From Mustelus asterias (lineage: Eukaryota), in the NCBI RefSeq assembly GCF_964213995.1, contig NW_027590226.1, positions 62,001-126,000 of the forward strand: 64,000 bases of DNA. Reading direction: 5' to 3'. The position numbers were made by a program, and so were the translations under genes. The notes under the pieces were generated by a model. It did no database searches. It saw nothing but the letters and a program-made list of their open reading frames with translations, and was not told the DNA's origin. This document shows positions 46,766 to 57,939 of the stretch, piece after piece; the first letter of the stretch is position 1; each line of letters begins with the position of its first letter.

Positions 46766-47099
46766 TTCCCTGTATCAATGTGTAATGGAACCCACTCCTG
46801 ATACCGTGATCACACAAACACGGTGAGGGAGCTCCCTCTGGTGGTGATCTGAGGTAAATGGCCTCTGCTTGGGAGATCAGTGAATTCTCAGACTACTGGA
46901 GGATCTTGTTGCAGGATTACGCTGCTGTATTTTTCTTAGGAATAAGAAAAATACGCTCTGTAACATATCACTGTGTAATCCAACAATTACTCCAGTTCTC
47001 CTGGATTACTGCTCTGTAACATAATATGTAATACGCTGTAATTCAGTAATACGCTGTATTCAGTGTAATCCTGCAACAAGATCCTCCAGCAATTATAAA

Positions 47100-47914
47100 T
47101 TACCCCTCTGGAACTTTTGTATCTCTCCCCTCTCACCTTAAACCTGTGCCCTCTAGTTTTAGACTCCCATACCTTTGGGAAAATATATTGACTATCTAGC
47201 TGATCTGTGCCCCTCATTATTTTACAGACCTCTATAACATCACTCCTCAGCCTCCTACGCTCCAGAGAAAAAAGTCCCAGTCTATCCAGCCTCTCCTTAT
47301 AACTCAAACAATCAAGTCCCGGTCGCATCCTAGTAAATCTTTTCTGAACTCTTTCTAATTTAATAATATCCTTTCTATAATAGGGTGACCAGAACTGTAC
47401 ACAGTATTCCAAGTGTGGCCTCACCAATGTCTTGTCCAACTTCAACAAGACGTCCCAACTCCTGTATTCAATGTTCTGACCAATGAAACCAAGCATGCCG
47501 AATGCCTTCTTCACCACTCTGTCCACCTGTGACTCCACTTTCAAGGAGCTATGAACCTGTACCCCTAGATCTCTTTGTTCTGTAACTCTCCCTAACGCCC
47601 TACCATTAACTGTAAGTCCTGCCCTGGTTCGATCTACCAAAATGCATCACCTCGCATTTGTCTAAATTAAACTCCATCTGCCATTCGTCAGCCCACTGGT
47701 CCAATTGATCAAGATCCCGTTGCAATCGGAGATAACTTTCTTCACTGTCCACTATGCCACCAATCTTGGTGTCATCTGCAAACCATGCCACCTATATTCT
47801 CATCCAAATCATTAATATACATGACAAATAACAGTGGACCCAGCACTGATCCCTGAGGCATATCGCTGGCCACAGGCCTCCAGTTTTAAAGAAAGCCCTC
47901 TACAACCACACTCT
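47100..47914 (-). mobile_element. Degenerate CR1 ORF2 fragment, truncated at both ends
   Basis: FADDTKIGG...CEVMHFG and RPHLEYCVQFWSP in shifted frames; the 3' end is missing. Confidence 0.9.
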
Positions 47915-48170
47915 AGAACATAGAACATTACAGCGCAGTACAGGCCCTTCGGCCCTCGATGTTGCGCCGACCAGTGGAACCAATCTAAAGCCCATCTAAC
48001 CTACACTATTCCCATATCATCCATATGTTTATCCAATGACCATTTAAATGCCCTTAATGTTGGCGAGTCCACTACTGCTGCAGGCAGGGCATTCCACGCC
48101 CTTACTACTCTCTGAGTGAAGAACCTACCTCTGACATCTGTCCTATATCTATCACCCCTCAATTTAAAGC
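47915..48170 (-). mobile_element. CR1 3' end (last ~55 codons, 3' UTR, tail), fused in frame to the Tx1 ORF2
   Basis: FKLRGDRYRTDVRGRFFTQRVV closely matches the C-terminus of the CR1 at 14038. Confidence 0.9.
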
Positions 48171-51100
48171 AAAGGGCTTTAAATTTAAAGAAAGGGCAGT
48201 CTTCGGAGCCCGTGAACCAGTGAATCCTACGGTTGTGCGGAACTGCTGCATGCATCACCCTCCACCCCAGGTCCCCGACGTAATTGGGGGAGATCCCTCC
48301 GTAGAGGGACCTCCAGCGGGGACCTCCGCCGCCCGGCGGCAACAAGGCCCGCCAAGGTGTATCCGGGCGACAGGCGAGGAGGCGGTAGTGGAGGGTGTGC
48401 AGCAGCAGCCCGCACAGGAAACGCCTCCGCGCGGTAGAAAAAGGCACGGAGGGCATTTCCGCGAGGCGGCTCAGGCTGTGGGGCACCTCACCCAGGGGAG
48501 GGGGCTGAGGCTTTGGGCCAATGTGGAATTCCGCCCGAACAGGGGAACGCTCGGGCGGGATCCCACCGCACGCCTGCGCCGTCTCGAGTTTGCGTGCAGT
48601 TTCGGGGCCGAGCACGACCGTCCTAAGGTCTAGGATGGCTTTGGCCGCGCGCCGGACGGACGTCCCCGCGCGCTCAGCCAGCACGCGGGGACTCATCCAG
48701 CCCGCTCCTCCGCCATCGAGCACGTCCCCGATTCTGGTCACCCCGGCGTCCACAGCCCCCCTCTCCGCCAGCCACCTGAAGTTATACGGCTGGAGGAGCG
48801 GATTCCTGAGCAGCGGCTCTCGCACGAGAGCCGCTACTCCTGACGGGGGAGAGCTGCGTCGCGAGGCGACCTTGTTCCAGACAGTGAGGAGGTCCTGGTA
48901 AAAGACGGGCAACTCCTGCAGGGCGGTCGAAGCACGCCCCAGTTCGATATGCAGGAGCTGCACGTCATAATTGAGGCCGTGCCACTGGCGGAAGAAATAC
49001 GTCGCCATGGCACACCACTGTGGAGGGGGCTCAACGTAAAGGTACCTCTGCAGGGCCTGGAGGCGGAAGGTCGCTATCTGAGTGCGGAGGCACACCAGAC
49101 CTTGTCCGCCCTCCTCAAGCGGGAGATACAGGACCGCAGCAGGGACCCAGTGCAGTCGATTGCCCCAGAAGAACCGCACGAGGGTTCTCTGGATATCGGT
49201 GACAAAGCCAGGGGGAGGGGTCATAGGGACCAGCCGGTACCACAGCATGGAGGCGACCAGCTGGTTTATGACGCGAGCTCGCGCCCCGTAGGACAGCACT
49301 CGGAGCAGTCCTGTCCAGCGACTCAGGCGGGCGGAGACTTTGGCCTCCAGCTCCCGCCAGTTCGCCGGCCAGGATTCCTCGGCTGGGCAGAGATGGGCCC
49401 CCAAGTAGAGGAGGTCGGTCCTGCTCCAGGTGAAAGGCCTGAGCTCCTCCGGGAGGGGGTCCGTCTCCCAAGGACCGACAAGGAGTCCGGAGCACTTGGC
49501 CCAGTTGATCCTGGCGGAGGACGCGGCGGAGTACACCGCCTGGCATTCTCGCATCCTCCGCAGGTCAGCCGGGTCCGTGAACATGAGGAGCACGTCGTCG
49601 GCGTAAGCTGACAGGACCACCCCTACGTCCGGTCCGCGCAGGACCAAACCTGACAACCTCCTCCGCAAGAGGCGCAGGAATGGCTCCACGCATACGGAAT
49701 ACAGTTGGCCGGACAAGGGGCAGCCCTGCCGTACTCCTCTCCCGAAGCGAAGGGGCGCCGTCAGGGACCCGTTAACCTTAATCAGACACTCTGCGGCAGA
49801 GTACAGTAATCGGATCCGGGCGACAAAATGCGTCCCGAACCCGAATGCCCGCAGAGTCCCGAGTAAATACTCGTGCTCCACCCTGTCGAACGCCTTCTCC
49901 TGATCTAATGACAAGAAGGCGCCCGACAGACCAGCCCTCTGGGTGTGATGGATTAGGTCCCGGACCAGGTGGAGATTGTCATGTATGCAACGGCCCGGGA
50001 CCGTGTAGGACTGGTCAGGGTGGATCAAGTGGTCCAGCACGGATCCAAGGCGTGAAGCCATAGCCCTGGCAAAGATTTTATAATCCGTGCTGAGGAGGGA
50101 GACCGGGCGCCAGTTCTTGAGCAGGTGGAGATCCCCCTTCTTGGGCAGCAGGGCAATGACGGCCCTGCGCCACGAAAGGGGCATCTCCCCGGTAGCGACG
50201 CTCTCCCCCAGGACCCCCGCGTAGTCGCTCCCCAGGACGTCCCAGAACGCCCTGAAGAACTCTACTGTCAGCCCGTCCAGCCCAGGGGCCTTGCCCCGGC
50301 TGAGGCCATTTAGGGCGCCGGTCAGCTCGGCCATGGTGGTAGGGGCCTCGAGCCTGCCGACGCCCTCCGGGCTGACCTGCGGCAGGTCCTCCCACAGAAG
50401 TCTGCGGGCATCCTCGCTGGACGGATCCGGAGAGAAGAGCGAGGTGTAATACTCCCGGGCAATGGCCCGGATGCCCTCCGGATCCGAGACGGGGGAACCG
50501 TCGTCGGCCAGCAGCGTAAGGAGCTGCTGACGGTTAGCCCGCCCTCTTTCCAGCGAGTAGAAGAAGGGGGAGCCGCGGTCCAGGTCCACCTGGAACTGGA
50601 GCCGCGACCTCACGTACGCGCCGCGAGACCTGGCAAGCTGCAGGTCCCGCAGCGCGTCCTTCTTCTCCCTGTACTCCGAACGCAGGGCCGGGTCCGCGTC
50701 AGGCCGACTGAGACGTGCCTCCAGGTCGAGCACCTCCTTCTCCAACTCCTCGAGCCTGGATTTCCGCCTCTTTGTCGACCCCCTCGCGTACCCCTGACAG
50801 AAGGTACGGACGTGAGTCTTGCCCACATCCCACCAGAGCCTCAAGGAGGGGAAGCCTCCCCGCTTCCTTCTCCAGCCGGCCCAGAATCGACGGAACGAGT
50901 CCAGGAAGCGCTCGTCCTCCAGCAGCGTGTTGTTAAAGTGCCAGTACGCGGACCCCCGCCGGATGCGAGACGGCGCAAAGTCCGCCCACACCAGGCTGTG
51001 GTCCGTGCTCGACACCAGCCGCATGGAGACCGAGGACACGCCGGACACGTGCGCCTTCGAAATGTAAAGACGGTCGAGCCTGGACGCTCCGACTCCAGGC

Positions 51101-51678
51101 CTCACGAAAGTGAAGGCGCTGGAGCCAGGATGGAGATGTCTCCAGACGTCCACCAAGTCGTGAGACCCGATCAGGTCCCGCAACTTCACCACCGCCGGAG
51201 TGCGCAGCCAGGGGCCGGTGCGGTCCCGTGCCTCGAGGATGCAGTTGAAATCTCCCCCGAGGATAATGCATTCGCCCCCCGCGATGGTGTCGATGTGAGC
51301 GGACACTTTCTCGTAGAAAGTCGTTTGCTGCGGTCCAGCGGTCGGGGCGTAGACATTCAGCAAGTGAATGACCACGCCCCCCTCACGGACCGTCAAGTGC
51401 AGCAACCGGCCTGGCACCGGCTCCTTGACCCCCAAGATCTCCGGCTTATAACGCGGGGCCAACAAGATAGCCACCCCGCAAGAAGCGAGCGTGAGGTGGC
51501 TCATGTAGACCCCCCCTCGCCACTCCAGGAGCCATTGGGCTTCGTCTCCCGGAACGGTGTGGGTTTCCTGCAGGAAACACACCGCATACTTCCCGTCACG
51601 GAGGACCGAGAAGTTCTGGAACCTGCGGTGTGGCCCACTGCTGCCGTTGATGTTGAGGCTGGCTATGGTCACCTTCAT
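48001..51678 (-). CDS. Tx1/L1-clade ORF2 (APE endonuclease + RT), C-terminus replaced by CR1 sequence (1225 aa)
   Basis: LNING, LQETH, GDFN, SRLDR, TDH endonuclease motifs; NWRPVSLL, GVRQGCPLS, YADD RT motifs; GC/CpG-rich. Confidence 0.92.
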   Translation of the reverse strand: MKVTIASLNINGSSGPHRRFQNFSVLRDGKYAVCFLQETHTVPGDEAQWLLEWRGGVYMSHLTLASCGVAILLAPRYKPEILGVKEPVPGRLLHLTVREGGVVIHLLNVYAPTAGPQQTTFYEKVSAHIDTIAGGECIILGGDFNCILEARDRTGPWLRTPAVVKLRDLIGSHDLVDVWRHLHPGSSAFTFVRPGVGASRLDRLYISKAHVSGVSSVSMRLVSSTDHSLVWADFAPSRIRRGSAYWHFNNTLLEDERFLDSFRRFWAGWRRKRGGFPSLRLWWDVGKTHVRTFCQGYARGSTKRRKSRLEELEKEVLDLEARLSRPDADPALRSEYREKKDALRDLQLARSRGAYVRSRLQFQVDLDRGSPFFYSLERGRANRQQLLTLLADDGSPVSDPEGIRAIAREYYTSLFSPDPSSEDARRLLWEDLPQVSPEGVGRLEAPTTMAELTGALNGLSRGKAPGLDGLTVEFFRAFWDVLGSDYAGVLGESVATGEMPLSWRRAVIALLPKKGDLHLLKNWRPVSLLSTDYKIFARAMASRLGSVLDHLIHPDQSYTVPGRCIHDNLHLVRDLIHHTQRAGLSGAFLSLDQEKAFDRVEHEYLLGTLRAFGFGTHFVARIRLLYSAAECLIKVNGSLTAPLRFGRGVRQGCPLSGQLYSVCVEPFLRLLRRRLSGLVLRGPDVGVVLSAYADDVLLMFTDPADLRRMRECQAVYSAASSARINWAKCSGLLVGPWETDPLPEELRPFTWSRTDLLYLGAHLCPAEESWPANWRELEAKVSARLSRWTGLLRVLSYGARARVINQLVASMLWYRLVPMTPPPGFVTDIQRTLVRFFWGNRLHWVPAAVLYLPLEEGGQGLVCLRTQIATFRLQALQRYLYVEPPPQWCAMATYFFRQWHGLNYDVQLLHIELGRASTALQELPVFYQDLLTVWNKVASRRSSPPSGVAALVREPLLRNPLLQPYNFRWLAERGAVDAGVTRIGDVLDGGGAGWMSPRVLAERAGTSVRRAAKAILDLRTVVLGPETARKLETAQACGGIPPERSPVRAEFHIGPKPQPPPLGEVPHSLSRLAEMPSVPFSTARRRFLCGLLLHTLHYRLLACRPDTPWRALLPPGGGGPRWRSLYGGISPNYVGDLGWRVMHAAVPHNRRIHWFTGSEDCPFFKFKALCFKLRGDRYRTDVRGRFFTQRVVRAWNALPAAVVDSPTLRAFKWSLDKHMDDMGIV

Positions 51679-51706
51679 GTCAGCAGCTTTGTGCCACCGT
51701 CACCAC

Positions 51707-52614
51707 TTAACTAGGTGTGTGGGGGGGCGCTGGCGCAATTCTCACCAGTCCACCCCCCACCTTTTCGAGCCTGTGGAGGAACCGCAGTACCCAGCGCCGC
51801 TCTATTTTCTCCAGGCCCGCGGAGGCATGCGAGCATGCCTTCACGGACCGGACGAGCTGCGCCAGGTCCGGCCAGCGGCCGAGGGCTAGCCGGATTATGT
51901 CGGAGCGACCGGAATGGCTACGGATAAAGACCCTGAGGTCCTTGGAGGGGATGAGGGACGACTCGGTGGGGGGCACGAGGGAGTCCCCCGCCTCGCTCTG
52001 GGCAGACTCTGAAAGTGTCCCCGTGCCCTCCACCGAGCCGCTGACCCCCTCAGGGCGGTCGCCCCTCGACTCCGAGTCCCCCACCGCAGGACGTACGGCG
52101 GGCGGCACGGAGCCACCAACTAGCCCTAGCCCCTCCCCGATCCCACCCCCAGGATCGGTGGAGGAGGGGTTCCCCCCGGGCTCACCTTTCCCGGATTGCG
52201 GGCCCCCGTGCGACGGCGGCCCAGCCGCCCCCTCCGCCCCAGACGCTTGGACACCCCCCAGGTCCGGTGTATCCTTCGGACTGAGGTTGGGGATGTCCAG
52301 CGTCCAAGGTCGGGACGGAGAGGACGAGTGGATCGTCTCTTCGCCGCCGCCGCACGAGGACATGAACATTGGAGTGTCGCCCCAGTCCCCCGACAGACTG
52401 AAGAAGAACTCCGGGTTGTAACCGGCCGGGTGGAACGGAACCGTGGGGACCCCGCTGCCACCCGGCCCCGGAGACTCCTCGCCGGGGGACTGAGGCAACA
52501 CACGCTTGGATTTGCAGGGTGCCTTGCCCCCTTTTTTCGCGGGACAAGGCACAAAGACAGGTGGGGGCACGGCAGGAGATGACTCACAAGGGGGGAGGGG
52601 CACGCAGACCTCGA
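51707..52614 (-). mobile_element. Tx1 ORF1 C-terminal part (element 5'-truncated)
   Basis: Open Pro/Gly-rich ORF directly upstream of ORF2 with the same high GC, ending in a helical-looking domain. Confidence 0.75.
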
Positions 52615-53204
52615 ACTCTACGGTGAAGCAATGTGCCTGATGGTTCTAACCACTGACGAGGTGGAGGTGAGTGGATTAAATAATGACATTCCTCCTCTTT
52701 TCATTGAGGAAGTGGTGGTACATGGGTTAGCTACTGCTCCTCCCCTCTCTTTGTTGGGTGAGTAGGAATCCGGTATGTTAACAATTTCACTCTCCCTCTC
52801 TCTCTGATGGGGGATTGTTGCTCCATGTTTGTGTGTGACCCTCACTTCAGTTCCCAGTGGGTGTGGTGCAGCAGCTTAAAGCTGACATCAATGGTAAAGG
52901 CATGGACAATGAGAGAAGCAGGAACACCGAGATCTAAATTGTGTTTGTTTGTCAGAAATGTTGAAATTGTCAGATTTCTCCTCAGTGGGAGGAAAGTCGG
53001 TGAAGATATTTTGCAGAATCCTGTAATGAATGTGCTCTACTCTGTCTCTAACCCAGGGTGTATCTGAGCTGGGTGCACTGGTTCAACAAGGCTTGGGCCC
53101 GAGACGTGAAAATACCTGACTCAAACCAAAGATACATAGTGGAAGTAAAATTGAAAACCAATCAATTAAGCAATTGGGTATTTCATTTATCGTTGGAGGA
53201 AAAA

Positions 53205-53222
53205 GATTTTATTCTTTTTATT
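53205..53222 (-). terminator. Polyadenylation signals of the secreted IgM mRNA
   Basis: aataaaaagaataaaa about 30 nt after the stop codon. Confidence 0.75.
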
Positions 53223-53249
53223 GAAGTTTTTAATGTAACCGAGTGATTC

Positions 53250-53641
53250 TCATTGACATGAATTAACGGTGTCCATCAGTGCAAGGGAAATGTTCACAAA
53301 ACTGGGTTTACCGCTGGATTTGTCAACTGTTCTGTTGATGATCTTCAAGGGGATGGCTTCATGTCCCACCACACAGGAGTAAGAAGCGCCGCTGGACCAC
53401 TCCTCTGCTGCAATGGATAACAGGCTGTACATGAAGAAGGAGCTATTCCCGCTCTCCGCGACCACCTCGGTGTTCTTATAGTTCCCAGGATTCACCGGCT
53501 TGTCGTTGACGGTCCACTTGACGAAGATCTCTCGAGGGGAGAAACGTCTCACTAAGCAGCTGAGGGAGACGAATCTCTGAGCGGAGACTTCTTCTGCCGA
53601 GGGCAAGAGGACAGAGACGAACGGTTCCCGCGGATTTGGAT
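53250..53641 (-). CDS. IGHM: IgM heavy chain Cmu4 + secretory tail
   Basis: [23 protein letters not shown]; tail [20 protein letters not shown] with N-glycan site and penultimate Cys; acceptor ttctgcag. Confidence 0.95.
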
Positions 53642-54142
53642 CTGCAGAAAATGTACAATAAATGTCAATAAACTGGAGAATTATGGAGACAATGAAACTG
53701 CTGGCTAGATATCAGAAAAATGTGCTTCGTTTCGATTTTAAATGTTTCCATTTTTGACTTCCAGTTTGGAGCAGAGGTGAACACAATTATTTTCTCAAAT
53801 AACTCAGGGGGCTGGACTGGGAAGTTTCAGAAATTTTACAGCACAGAATCAGGCTATTCGGCCCAACTGATCGGCTTTATTTTTGTTTTTCTGGTTTTTA
53901 TGCTCCACATCAGGCTCCTCCCTCGTTATTCGATCTCAACCCAATAACATCGCCTTCAGTTCACTTTTCATTCATCAACACATCAAATTTCCCCGTAAAA
54001 ATATCTACAACCCCCAGTTTTTAGTTAGTAGAGTTTCCACTCAGGGGACACCATTAATGCACTGAATACTGAATATTGACCAGTACACTGACACTGGAAA
54101 TAGACACAGTGACGCATTTATTGCTTCAATCTCTCAGCTCAC

Positions 54143-54451
54143 CTGTTTCCTTGTGGATGGATTTTCTTAAAGGAGTCGGCAGATCCTGATGGCTCACCAC
54201 GCAGTCAAACACAGCCGCACTCAGCCAGGCTTGTGTCGAGATGTTTAAGTTGCTGACCACGCTGTCAGGATCCGCTCCTGGCTTTTCGGCAATCTCTGAT
54301 TTCAAATACTTCCTGTCTCGGATCCAGGACACATTGACTCCATAAGGAGCATTAGAAATGATGCAGGTTAAGGTCACGGTCGCCTCCAGTAAGACCTGTT
54401 CGATTGGTGGTGGCTGTATCGTCACTGTGGTATCAGGGCACTGGGGAGGAT
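54143..54451 (-). CDS. IGHM: IgM heavy chain Cmu3 exon (309 bp, phase 1)
   Basis: [23 protein letters not shown]; cag|...G|gtgagc. Confidence 0.95.
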
Positions 54452-54894
54452 CTGTGAATGAAAAATGAAAATCAACCCTAGTTCCCTCTTCAGAAGCAGG
54501 ACAGCAGTCTTCAGCCTGAAGGAGACGAAGTTGCCTTCGATATATCAACCACTAACTATCACCTTTCAGCCTCTATGGAGGATGGAAAACCAGCCTGCTC
54601 TGTGAAATTATTCTCTTTTTGTTCAAGTATTTTAGCAGCGGTATCATTCTCATGAATCAACATTGCAGTATTCCCCAATAAATATACCATTCCTGAACTC
54701 AGGAACCAAGTACTGGCAGTTAGTTTATAAGTAGGGTGGATACACTTCCCAATATTTTACCCCTATGCTGTGACCTGTGAAACAGTCCGACACCGACTGT
54801 CTCTCCAAATCTTACCAGCTGTCTCAGGAAAAAGCTGACATCAAGACCACCTCGCTCACTATGTTACTTTAAAATGGAAGGGAACACTATTTCA

Positions 54895-55215
54895 AGGGGA
54901 GGCAGAGGCATGGTGGTGTTGCCAATGGTCTTGTAACCCAGGGCACGACTCTGGGGACACAGATTCGAATCTCACCACTGCAGATGGTGAAATTTGAATT
55001 TAGTAAAAATCTGTCATTAAAAGTCAAATGATCATCATGAAGCCGTTGTTGTAAAAACCCACCTGGTTCACGAATGCCGTTTAGAAAAGTAAATCTGTTG
55101 TCTTTATCTGGCCTGGCATGCATGTGACTCCAGATCCACAGTAACGTGGTTGACACTTAAGTGGCCTCCGGGATGGGCCACAAATGCACATCTCATGAAG
55201 GAATAACAAAAATTG
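54895..55215 (+). mobile_element. Degenerate tRNA-derived SINE in the Cmu2-Cmu3 intron
   Basis: ttcgaatctcacc B-box-like motif and body resembling a common shark SINE; related fragments at ~44590-44940. Confidence 0.5.
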
Positions 55216-55368
55216 ATGTTGTGATGAAGTTCTGAATGTGGCACTGTCCCAATGCAACAAACTACATGACAATAACTTAGAAGTTGTTCTATGCTTTGTA
55301 TTAACTTTAATAGATCCCTAATTTCCATTAACAGCGGAATAATTTTTTTCTCGGTTTGAGTCTCTTAC

Positions 55369-55680
55369 CCAGAGATCCGCTGATGTTCTGACTCTGAGTG
55401 AATCCTTGGTGAGTGACCTGGCAGGTATAGACCGCTTTGCTGAACCATTCCTGAGCGGAGACTGTCAGCCGACTGCTGGCCGAGAAGTTCCCGTTCACTT
55501 CACAGGCGGGAGAGGTGATAATTCCTGAATCCATGCGTTGTCCATTCTTCAGCCACTTCACCGTCATTGACTTTGGCTGGAAATCGATGATTGAACAGAC
55601 GATGGTTGCAAATTTTCTGCTTGTGATTTCTTCACTGGAACTCACGGTGAGGATAACGGTTGGGGTGATAACGATTGGGC
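55369..55680 (-). CDS. IGHM: IgM heavy chain Cmu2 exon (312 bp, phase 1)
   Basis: [24 protein letters not shown]; gaag|...G|gtaaga. Confidence 0.95.
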
Positions 55681-55789
55681 CTTCAACAAACAAATGTTCA
55701 GACGTTACTTGAAGATTTAATTGACATCAATTAAAATTAGTTCTTTTATTTAAGCACCATAGCTGCCGATTTGGGAATCATATCCATGG

Positions 55790-56515
55790 TTTGGTTGAAT
55801 TGGCAGGGAAATGGCGAATGGAATTCATCCGTCAAAAGTGCCATACAATGCATTTGGGGAGGGAAAACAAAGCAAGACAATAAACTGGAATGTTAAGAGG
55901 GATTGAGGAAATGCAAGACCTTAGAGTGCACGTCCACAGGTCCTTGTAGATGGTAGGGCAGCTGGAAAAGTTGATCAAGAAAGCATATCGGATTAGTTCC
56001 TCTGTTATGTGAGATATTGAATGCAAAAACAGTGATACAATGATGGAGCTGTATAAAACCTCGTTTGGCCAAGTTTGGAGGTTGCTGTACAGTTCTGGTC
56101 ACCACAATGCAGGAATAACGAAGTGACTCTGGAGAGAGATGAGGTTTACAAGAATGTTGCCAGGGGCTAAAAATTGCAGCCATGAGGCGAGATTGGACAG
56201 GCAGGGTTTGTTCTCTTTAGGAAAAGAGGAGGCTGAGGCGTGACATAATTGTGGTTCACAAAACAAATAAAGGACGTAGGCAGAAATAATTCATTCCCCA
56301 AGTGGAGGGCTCAATTACCAGGGAGCATGGTCATTTAAAAGGTATCTAGGTCTGCATCTCAAGTGCTTTAAGCTGCAATGCTACGGAGTTGGGGCTGGAA
56401 AATAGGCTTAACTTGTCTGGCTAGTTTATTTGTTCTCCCTTTTGGCCAGCACAGACATGGCGGGCTAAATGACCTCATTCTGCACAGTATCATTTCTGTT
56501 GTTCTTTGATTCTGA
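55790..56515 (+). mobile_element. Old degenerate CR1 fragment in the Cmu1-Cmu2 intron
   Basis: Eroded W..EF..KC..MHLG, QFWSP and RFTRMLPG blocks. Confidence 0.7.
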
Positions 56516-56652
56516 GCAACTTTTCAGTCAGTAGACACTTACCTGGATTTTGCATAATTCAATTTTTCAGAATGCTACAGATCAGTTATAACTAAGGCCT
56601 TATAGAGTTCAATCACAGCGTTCCTGTCTTGCCCAAGTTCCACAACACTTAC

Positions 56653-56952
56653 ATTGCATTCCAATGCTCTTGACTGAGTCGCTGTGTCGAACCTCACAGT
56701 CGATTTTGCTGCACTCTCCCACTGACTGGGTGATGGTTAACTGGCTGCTTAGGGTATAGGTTCCCTTCGCGTTTCTCACTGATGGATAAGTCTTAAATCC
56801 AGTGGCGATCAGCTGCCCATTTTTCTTCCAGGTCAGTTTGGAGACATCTGGAGAGTAGTCCATCGCCAAACAGCCGTAGGTGATGGAGCCAGCGGAGTTG
56901 TGTTGCTGACAGGAAGAGACGAGGCTGTAGAGAGTGGGCGGAGACGGTGTCG
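56653..56952 (-). CDS. IGHM: IgM heavy chain Cmu1 exon (300 bp, phase 1)
   Basis: [15 protein letters not shown]...[27 protein letters not shown]; cccag|...T|gtaagt. Confidence 0.95.
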
Positions 56953-57939
56953 CTGGGAAGGAATAGTCGATTGAACAAGTTAGACTATTACTTGCGTTTA
57001 TTAATTAATCAAACATATTTATACAAGTATGTTTCTATATTAGGTATAGCTCTTGCGGCTAAAGGGATCAATGGATATGGGTAGTCGGCGGGGTCAGGAC
57101 ATTGATGAGCCGTGATCAAAGTGAATGGTAGAGCAGGGTCAAAGGGCCGAATGGCCTACTCCTGCTTCTATTTTCTATGTTTCTACATCACGATTTGTCT
57201 AGAATTATGAACTTAACTTAATATTTCCCGATTAAGACCTACATACACCTTTCAGCTTCTGTTACTCCTATCATTTGAGAATCGCCATCTTTGTAGAAAC
57301 TCACATCACTGTCTCGACCTCTATCAGGTTGGAAAGACAAAAACATTTTGATGTCATTGTAATGACATACCATTCATTGGATTAACAGAGAAGTGTAAAG
57401 AGTTTCTCCATTACTTCAGGCACTACCTATTTCTCAAACAACAGGACTTTGTGATGAAGAAGTTGTCTCTTCATTCATATCAGCCACTCGCCTGATGAAA
57501 GAGCTCCAAAAGCTCACGATTCCAAATAATCCTGTTGGCGTTCAACCTGGTGTTGTCAGACTCCTTACTGAGCCCACCCCAACCTAGCGTCGGCATATCC
57601 ACATTGTAGTTTTGGCTATTGCCTGTGTTCAAACGAACTGATGCCCCTTCCTCTCTCCAACTCACTGCCTCTCACTCCACAAAATGAAGATTAGTGACTT
57701 TGCTTCAAAACTACCTTCGGAATGAATACTTACTGAATGACCAGGAAACTCTAAATGTGATTACAAATTCAAATAATTGCAACATTGACTAATTGAAGGG
57801 TCATACATTAATAGCAAGAGTTGGCCATTCGGGCCCTGACGTCTCCTCCATTATTCACTGAGATTACAGATGATCTGGTTGTGGTGCTAGCTCTATTTTG
57901 CACATCCTCACTCCGCCCGTCGATCACCCACTCTCTGCC

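Noticed and set aside
48220-52582. Long plus-strand ORFs over the Tx1 element, and antisense ORFs over CR1 and pol
   Set aside because: Shadow ORFs caused by high GC and codon structure of the sense ORFs; no motifs.
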